Shown here: positions 57,841 to 64,000 of the stretch, in pieces
How positions within the stretch are numbered: the stretch's first letter is position 1
Layout of the letters: every line of letters starts with the position of its first letter
From: Candidatus Latescibacterota bacterium
Lineage (GTDB): Bacteria > Latescibacterota > UBA2968 > UBA8231
DNA length: 64,000 nt
NCBI GenBank assembly: GCA_965203175.1
Contig: OZ241867.1
Location: forward strand, 2,336,001-2,400,000
Direction: 5' to 3'
Position numbers and translations under genes: made by a program
The notes under the pieces: generated by a model
Told to the model about the DNA's origin: nothing
Database searches by the model: none
What the model saw: the letters and a program-made list of their open reading frames with translations, nothing else

Positions 57841-58584
57841 TCATTTTAGCCTGAGTATTTCGCGTTGTTGCTCGGGCAATGCCTCGTAGATTTCGTTACT
57901 GAAGCGCAGGTGCTGTCCGCCCCAATCGGGCATGTATCCTGTGCTGTAGCAATAATATAGGGTCCGGCGAGGGCGACCGGAAGTATTGACTAGCGAGCCG
58001 TGGGTCAATGCCTCGGTAAAGATGATGGCGTCCCCGGCGGCGGCTGGCACTGCTTGTAGCGCCGGGTTTTCGTCTGGGTGAGGACCCCAAGGCCTAGGGA
58101 AATTGCTTTTGTGAGCACCTGGAATCACTGCGAAGCAGCCGTCTTCCTCGGCGCAGTCGAGCAAGGGAAAGACCGCCTTGGTTAGGGTCGAGACCATCTG
58201 CCCGTTGCGGCAGTGATACTGACACTTGGGAATGATGGGCGTGCCGTGCATGTGCAGGCCAGTGTAGCCGCCGCCCCAGCGATAGATGGTATAGGTGTGG
58301 TTGAGTCGGTACGGTCCTCCGGTGACTGTGGCGACGACATCTAGGACGGCGGGAATATCGATCAATGCGCGGAAGACTTCGTCTCCTTCGAGAATGTTTG
58401 AAATATAGAGGTTCTGTTGCGTGCGCTGGTCGCCTAAACACAGCGGCGGTGGGTAATCGGCCTCGTCCATGGTTTCGAAGCGGTCCAGAACCTGATTGCA
58501 GGCGGCGACCACTGCTGCGGGCACGACGCCCTTGAGGACGATGTAGCCCTGCAGGTCGAAGAGGTACTGCTGTTGAGCGTCCAT
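57841..58584 (-). CDS. PhyH family dioxygenase
   Basis: YLFDLQGY, LH, DG.F.VIPGAHK and HGS..N....RR motifs; start ATG 58584. Confidence 0.85.
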   Translation of the reverse strand: MDAQQQYLFDLQGYIVLKGVVPAAVVAACNQVLDRFETMDEADYPPPLCLGDQRTQQNLYISNILEGDEVFRALIDIPAVLDVVATVTGGPYRLNHTYTIYRWGGGYTGLHMHGTPIIPKCQYHCRNGQMVSTLTKAVFPLLDCAEEDGCFAVIPGAHKSNFPRPWGPHPDENPALQAVPAAAGDAIIFTEALTHGSLVNTSGRPRRTLYYCYSTGYMPDWGGQHLRFSNEIYEALPEQQREILRLK

Positions 58585-58732
58585 GATATGTTTCCCTTTG
58601 CTGGTATTGCTGCCTATCATCTCTTTATTTGAATGTGCGCTGGCGGTTGGTACGCAAAGCAAGAAATTGCTCCTTGCCGGACGATGGGGCAAGCAGCCGA
58701 CCGGGCCGCACCTAAATGGAGGGCTTGCACTT

Positions 58733-59527
58733 GTGACTGACGCCAATTACGACAATCCCTGGTGGCCGCTGATATACGACCAGTGGAACGAGCGGGGCGA
58801 CAGGCAGCAGACGCATGAGCGCGAGTTCCAATTCTACAGCAAGCAGCTCGCCGGAGAGACGGGTCCGGTCCTCGAAGCGGCTTGCGGCACTGGTTCGATT
58901 CTGCTCCGCCTTTTGCGCCAGGGCGTTGACATCAGAGGTTTCGATTGCGCCGCAGGGATGCTGGCCGTTTTGCGCCGCAAGGCAGCGGCTATAGGGTTGG
59001 GTGATATCGACTGCCGCGTCTGCTGTCAGGACATGGTTGATTTCTGCTATGACCAGTCCTTTGCGGCCATCCTAATTCCGGCCAGTTCGTTCATGCTCTT
59101 GCCCACACAGGCGGCCCAAATCGCCTGTCTCGAACGCATTCGCGCCCATCTGGTGCCTGGCGGGCGGCTACTAATGAACTTCTATATCCCTTCGCTTGCC
59201 GACGACCTGCTTGCCCACATCGATCCGTCCCCGTCGCTGGAGGAATTCGGCGAATTCTCCCACCCCCAAACAGGCCGCCAAATCAGCGTCCGGTTCAAAA
59301 AGATCGTTGATCTGGGCGAGCAGACTGAGCGCTACCAGTGGTTTTTTGCTTACGACGGAGAAACAGAGATAATCCCCATGACGGCGCGGTGGATCTACAA
59401 AGAAGAATTTCAGCTATTGCTGCGCCTAGCAGGATTTAGCCGCTGGCAGCTTTTTGGCACCCACGACGGCCAGCCATACGCAGGTTCAAAAGAGATCGGG
59501 ACGACGTACTGGATCGTCGGTCGCTGA
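58733..59527 (+). CDS. Class I SAM-dependent methyltransferase
   Basis: GGAGG then GTG 58733; VLEAACGTG, D...ML and HL.PGG motifs. Confidence 0.85.
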   Translation: MTDANYDNPWWPLIYDQWNERGDRQQTHEREFQFYSKQLAGETGPVLEAACGTGSILLRLLRQGVDIRGFDCAAGMLAVLRRKAAAIGLGDIDCRVCCQDMVDFCYDQSFAAILIPASSFMLLPTQAAQIACLERIRAHLVPGGRLLMNFYIPSLADDLLAHIDPSPSLEEFGEFSHPQTGRQISVRFKKIVDLGEQTERYQWFFAYDGETEIIPMTARWIYKEEFQLLLRLAGFSRWQLFGTHDGQPYAGSKEIGTTYWIVGR

Positions 59528-59648
59528 GCGGATCAAGGTGATAAACGCCGCTGAAATCGATTACTGGTCGCCGCCAAAGCAGTTTGCATCCCCACCTGCA
59601 AATACAGAAATTATGTCCGTTCATTGCAAGGAGAATTGAGGTCCTATT

Positions 59649-60137
59649 TTGCCAAACACGCTGCGCAGAACGCTTAGTCTTCTCATCTTGCTGTTTTTGA
59701 TCTGGCTTCTTTTGTCGGGCATTTACACGGGTCTGCTCTTGGGCTTGGGCGTGCTCTCGTGCCTCGTGGTCGTCGCTGTCTGCCGCCGCATGAAGATCGT
59801 CGATCCCGAGGGGCATCCCACCCACCTAGTTATCGGCATGATGCGCTATATGCCTTGGTTCCTCTGGGCGGTAACCAGAGCCAATATCGATGTCGTGCGG
59901 CGGATCTTAGACCCTCGGCTGCCGATAGCACCCCGCGTAATCCGAATCGAGGCAAGCCAAAAGACCCACTTGGGGCAAGTTATTTACGCCAACTCCATCA
60001 CCCTGACGCCGGGCACGGTCGCCGTTGAAACCGACGAGGGCATCGTTGATGTCCACGCCTTGACCCGCGAATCCGCCGAGGATGTGCGCTCTGGGGACAT
60101 GGACCGCCGCGTAACCGACATGGAGGGGGAGAGCTAG
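59649..60137 (+). CDS. mrpE: Mrp Na+/H+ antiporter subunit E
   Basis: WLLLSG, ANIDV, ANSITLTPGT and VHAL motifs. Confidence 0.9.
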   Translation: MPNTLRRTLSLLILLFLIWLLLSGIYTGLLLGLGVLSCLVVVAVCRRMKIVDPEGHPTHLVIGMMRYMPWFLWAVTRANIDVVRRILDPRLPIAPRVIRIEASQKTHLGQVIYANSITLTPGTVAVETDEGIVDVHALTRESAEDVRSGDMDRRVTDMEGES

Positions 60138-60403
60138 TGTTCGCTGCTGCAATGGTCGGGGTGCTGGCCACCATGCTGCTGGCCTTAGTGCGCGCGCTGA
60201 AAGGCCCCACCGTGTACGATCGCGTGCTCGCCGTCAATATGTTCGGGACCAAGACCGTATTGCTTTTGTCGGTCATCGGCTTTTTGACCGGTCGGCCCGA
60301 TTTTCTCGACTTGGGGCTGGTCTATGCGCTAATCAATTTCATCGGCACCATCGCCATCCTCAAATACGTCTCGACCGCTGGCGAGGAGGAGGCCCAAGCC
60401 TGA
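60137..60403 (+). CDS. mrpF: Mrp antiporter subunit F
   Basis: GPT..DR.LA and D..LVYAL.NF.GT motifs. Confidence 0.9.
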   Translation: MFAAAMVGVLATMLLALVRALKGPTVYDRVLAVNMFGTKTVLLLSVIGFLTGRPDFLDLGLVYALINFIGTIAILKYVSTAGEEEAQA

Positions 60404-60717
60404 TGGAAGCACTGCTCTACTACGCTAGCTGGGCCTGTCTGCTGTTGGGGGCTGGCTTTTGCTTCGTCGGCGGTTTGGGTCTCCTGCGGTTGCCCGACTT
60501 CTACAGCCGCATGCACGGCGGCGGTGTCACCGATACGTTGGGCGCGGGTTTGATTCTGTTGGGGCTTATGTTCCAGAGTGGTCTGTCGCTGGCGACTGTC
60601 AAGCTGGTGATGATCGGGTTGTTCTTGCTGCTGGCCAGCCCCGTCGCCACCCACGCCATCGCCCGTGCGGCGCGGCACAGTGGGCTTGCGCCTCAAGGCA
60701 CTGGGGAGGAACAGTGA
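60403..60717 (+). CDS. mrpG: Mrp antiporter subunit G
   Basis: GLLRLPDFYSRMH...DTLG and P..THAIARAA motifs. Confidence 0.9.
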   Translation: MEALLYYASWACLLLGAGFCFVGGLGLLRLPDFYSRMHGGGVTDTLGAGLILLGLMFQSGLSLATVKLVMIGLFLLLASPVATHAIARAARHSGLAPQGTGEEQ

Positions 60718-61685
60718 CTATCGCGCTAGTTGACATCGCGCTGATGACGTTCCTCGCCGTCATCGCTGTGGCCATTACCCAGGTGCGGGACCTTTTTGCC
60801 GCGGTGGTGCTCACTGGCATCTTCAGCTTGCTCTCGGCCTGTATCTTTACCTCGCTCGACGCGGTCGATGTGGCTTTCACCGAAGCGGCGGTGGGTGCCG
60901 GCTTGGCGACGGTTCTCTTCTTGGCCGCGCTCTCCTTGACCGGGCCTAGAGAAAAGACCCAACCCCACCACTCTTGGAGCGGCCTCTGCGTCTGCCTCCT
61001 CACCGGCGGTGCGCTCATCTACGGCACGCTGGATATGCCGCACTTAGGCGATCCCAACGCCCCGGTCCATCAGCACGTGGCCCCTCGCTATATTGCCGAG
61101 TCGCCCGAGGAGATCGGCATTCCCAATATGGTCACCTCCGTGCTGGCCAGCTACCGGGGCTACGACACCTTGGGCGAGGTAACGGTGATCTTCACCGCTG
61201 GACTAGCAGTGTTGTTGCTGTTGCGCGGCAGCGGCACTAGACTGGATGCGGCCGCCGACCAAGCGATGCGACACGCGATGATCCTCCGCGTCGTCTCCAA
61301 GCTCTTCATTCCGCTGATTCTGCTCTTTGGGCTCTACGTGCAGTTCCACGGCGACTTCGGTCCGGGTGGCGGTTTTCAGGCGGGCGTGATCTTTGCCGCG
61401 GCCTTTATTCTGTACGCCTTGATCTATGGGGTCGAGGAGGCGCGCCGGGTGGCCCCTGCTGGTCGCGTCCAAGTCTTTTTCGCCTTGGGGCTCCTGCTCT
61501 ACATCGGCACGGGCTTGGCCTGCCTGTTGGCCGGGGGCAATTTCCTCGAATACAAGGTGCTAGCCAGCGAACCCACCTACGGTGAGCACTATGGCATTTT
61601 GTTGATTGAGCTAGGGGTTGGCATTACCGTGGCCGCCGTGGTAATCAGCATCTTCTGCCACTTCGCCAGTCGGGAGCGGCCATGA
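60714..61685 (+). CDS. mrpB: Mrp antiporter subunit B (DUF4040 + MnhB fusion)
   Basis: GTG 60714; A.DVAFTEAAVG, YRGYDTLGE and PGGGFQAG motifs. Confidence 0.85.
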   Translation: MTIALVDIALMTFLAVIAVAITQVRDLFAAVVLTGIFSLLSACIFTSLDAVDVAFTEAAVGAGLATVLFLAALSLTGPREKTQPHHSWSGLCVCLLTGGALIYGTLDMPHLGDPNAPVHQHVAPRYIAESPEEIGIPNMVTSVLASYRGYDTLGEVTVIFTAGLAVLLLLRGSGTRLDAAADQAMRHAMILRVVSKLFIPLILLFGLYVQFHGDFGPGGGFQAGVIFAAAFILYALIYGVEEARRVAPAGRVQVFFALGLLLYIGTGLACLLAGGNFLEYKVLASEPTYGEHYGILLIELGVGITVAAVVISIFCHFASRERP

Positions 61686-62038
61686 GCTCGTTCCTCGGTC
61701 TGTACAACTACTGGATCGTCATTTTCCTGATGATGGCCGGCTTCTACAACGTCATTGCCCGCGGCAATCTGATTAGGAAGCTGGTTGGCCTCAATATTTT
61801 CCAGACCTCGGTTTTTTTGCTCTACATTAGTATGGGCAAAGTCGAGGGAGGGACTGCGCCCATACTCGCCGAAGGCGTGACGGCGTACTCCAACCCTCTG
61901 CCCCATGTCCTCATTCTCACCGCCATTGTCGTCGGCATCGCCACTACCGCTGTGGGATTGGCGCTGGTGGTGCGCATTCGCGCGGCCTACGGGACCATCG
62001 AAGAAGACGAAATCCAACGCCGGGAAGAGGGGTCGTGA
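61682..62038 (+). CDS. mrpC: Mrp antiporter subunit C
   Basis: NPLPHVLILTAIVVG motif. Confidence 0.9.
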   Translation: MSSFLGLYNYWIVIFLMMAGFYNVIARGNLIRKLVGLNIFQTSVFLLYISMGKVEGGTAPILAEGVTAYSNPLPHVLILTAIVVGIATTAVGLALVVRIRAAYGTIEEDEIQRREEGS

Positions 62039-63516
62039 TCGCCGCCCATCTACCCGCCCTGCAGATCGTCTTGCCGCTGGTCGCTGCGCCGCTTTGCCTA
62101 TTGCTGCGTCCGCAGCGCTTGCTGTGGCCGTTTGTCGTGGCCGTCGGCTGGGGTACGCTGGTACTGGCCGCGCTACTGTTGCAGCAAGTCCTCTCCTACG
62201 GTCCCATCTCCTATGCCTTGGGCGGCTGGAGCGCACCTTGGGGCATTGAGTTCCGGGTAGATGTCTTCAATGCGTATTTGATTCTACTGGTGGCGCTAAT
62301 CGGTGCCGTGGTCCTGACCTACGCACCGGCGAGTGCGGCGCGCGAAGTCGAAGCAGAGCGCCGCCCGTATTTCTGCGCGATTTTTCTGCTTTGTCTCGCT
62401 GGTTTGCTGGGCATTGCCATTACCGGCGACGCTTTTAACGTCTTCGTGTTTATGGAGATCTCGTCGCTTTCGGCGTATGGGCTGATTAGTCTCGGTCGGG
62501 ATCGCCGCGCCCTTATGGCGACGTATAACTACCTGATCTTGGGCACGATTGGTGCGACCTTTATCCTGATCGGCATCGGCCTGATGTACGCGATGACCGG
62601 CACGCTCAACATGGCCGATCTCGCCGGGCGGATCGAAGCCGTCTCCCAAACCCGCACCATCCATGTGGCCTTTGCCTTTATAAGCGTCGGTTTCACCCTC
62701 AAGATGGCGCTTTTTCCGCTGCATATCTGGTTGCCCAATGCGTACACCTATGCGCCTTCGGCCGTTACCGCCTTTATCGCGGCGACTGCGACTAAGATCG
62801 CAGCGTACGCCTTCCTGCGCTTTGTCTTCACGATTTTTGGCGCGGACTTTGCCTTTGGGACCATGCACCTCGATGTCCTGCTCTTGCCGCTGGTGCTCTT
62901 GGGCATTTTCATCGCCTCAGCCGTGGCCATCTACCAGACCGATCTCAAGCGGCTTTTGGCCTATTCGAGCGTGGCGCAGATCGGCTATGTGATGCTCGGG
63001 GTTAGCTTAGGATCGGCCACCGGACTGACAGCCGGCATCGTCCATCTTTTCAATCACGCACTGATGAAGGCGGCGCTCTTCCTAGTCGCTGGCTGCATCT
63101 TCCTTCGCATCAACTCCCTGCAATTGACTGACCTCAGTGGGTTGGGCAAGCGCCTGCCGCTGACTTCGTGCGCTTTTGTTCTCGCTGGTTTGGGGCTAGT
63201 CGGTGTGCCGTTTACCGTGGGCTTTATCAGCAAGTGGTACTTGATCCTGGGTGCGCTGGAGCACGGGTGGTGGCCAGTGGCGGCGCTGGTGGTGGTCAGC
63301 TCGCTGCTGGCGCTGGTCTATATCTGGCGCTTTGTCGAAATCGCCTATTTCCGCCCGGTTCCCGAAGATGCCGCGCCTGTTGCCGAAGCCCCCTTCTTGA
63401 TGCAAATCCCAGTATGGCTACTCATCGCGCTTACCATTGGTTTGGGAATGCAGACCTCGTTGACGGCTGGGGTCGCTCGCAAGGCGGCGCATTGGCTCTT
63501 AGGTGTTGCTCCATGA
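62035..63516 (+). CDS. mrpD: Mrp antiporter subunit D
   Basis: D.FN..VF.E, K.ALFPLH.WLP.AY, KRLLAYSS and GF.SKW motifs. Confidence 0.9.
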   Translation: MIAAHLPALQIVLPLVAAPLCLLLRPQRLLWPFVVAVGWGTLVLAALLLQQVLSYGPISYALGGWSAPWGIEFRVDVFNAYLILLVALIGAVVLTYAPASAAREVEAERRPYFCAIFLLCLAGLLGIAITGDAFNVFVFMEISSLSAYGLISLGRDRRALMATYNYLILGTIGATFILIGIGLMYAMTGTLNMADLAGRIEAVSQTRTIHVAFAFISVGFTLKMALFPLHIWLPNAYTYAPSAVTAFIAATATKIAAYAFLRFVFTIFGADFAFGTMHLDVLLLPLVLLGIFIASAVAIYQTDLKRLLAYSSVAQIGYVMLGVSLGSATGLTAGIVHLFNHALMKAALFLVAGCIFLRINSLQLTDLSGLGKRLPLTSCAFVLAGLGLVGVPFTVGFISKWYLILGALEHGWWPVAALVVVSSLLALVYIWRFVEIAYFRPVPEDAAPVAEAPFLMQIPVWLLIALTIGLGMQTSLTAGVARKAAHWLLGVAP

Positions 63517-64000
63517 GTACTTCTACCGCCATCGCTGCGGCTGTGCTCCTGCCTTTGGGTGTCGCGCCATTGATCGCCCTTTTGGGCCGCCGTCCCAATT
63601 TGCGCGAGACTGCGACCTTACTCGCCGCTTTAGGTACGTTTGCTGCGGTCTGCACCTTGGTGCCCAAAGTCGCCGCAGGTGCCCGGCCGTCGGTACATCT
63701 GGTGGAGGTCTTTCCGGGTCTGTCCCTAGCCTTTGAAGTCGAACCACTCGGCGCGCTCTTTGCGCTGATCGCCGCTGGGTTGTGGATGGCGACCTCGGTG
63801 TACTCCATCGGCTACATGCGGGGACATCACGAGGAAAACCAGACCCGCTTCTTCGCCTTCTTCGCCTTGGCGATCGCCGGTGCCTTGGGGGCGGCATTTG
63901 CCGGCAACATGCTGACGCTGTTTTTCTGCTATGAGGCGCTGACGCTTTCGACCTATCCGCTGGTCACCCACCACCGCAGTTCGGAGGCTAAAGCGGGGGG
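63513..64000 (+). CDS. Second MrpD-like subunit (partial, runs off the window)
   Basis: ATG 63513 overlaps the mrpD stop; PNLRE, YSIGYM...QTRFF and YE.LTL.TYPLV.H motifs. Confidence 0.8.
   Translation, partial: MSTSTAIAAAVLLPLGVAPLIALLGRRPNLRETATLLAALGTFAAVCTLVPKVAAGARPSVHLVEVFPGLSLAFEVEPLGALFALIAAGLWMATSVYSIGYMRGHHEENQTRFFAFFALAIAGALGAAFAGNMLTLFFCYEALTLSTYPLVTHHRSSEAKAG

Overview
GC-rich bacterial chromosome segment. The gene content (two FlgD-Ig-type secreted proteins, PhyH dioxygenases, enolase-superfamily and TIM-barrel catabolic enzymes, a sulfatase-fold protein, Uma2 tandem) resembles Latescibacterota/Poribacteria-type heterotrophs; this is inference only. The backbone is housekeeping and catabolic: acetolactate synthase, dCMP deaminase, ssb, serC, glcDF, pepA, M32 peptidase, glgP, folD, serS and an mrp antiporter operon. 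Two accessory loci stand out. (1) An AT-rich SIR2-like/SEC-C gene (24461-26572) lies between serC and a displaced, synonymously diverged copy of the serC 3' end. (2) An ~11 kb defence/toxin-antitoxin hotspot lies between glgP and folD (42.8-53.7 kb). It holds an IS5 (IS903-like) insertion with a 9-bp TSD, a higA split by a RelE/HTH module, a transposase-less cassette with 28-bp TIRs and an 8-bp TSD, a displaced folD 3' end, and a PemK toxin whose antitoxin-like tail is fused to an R-M enzyme. Six gap-free copies of an unexplained ~18-bp motif (GTAGTGG-N3-A-N-TTTGAA) sit at the cargo junctions. The motif-bounded cassettes plus repeated replacement of host gene ends, with no recombinase in the window, are the best candidate for an undescribed gene-capture system.
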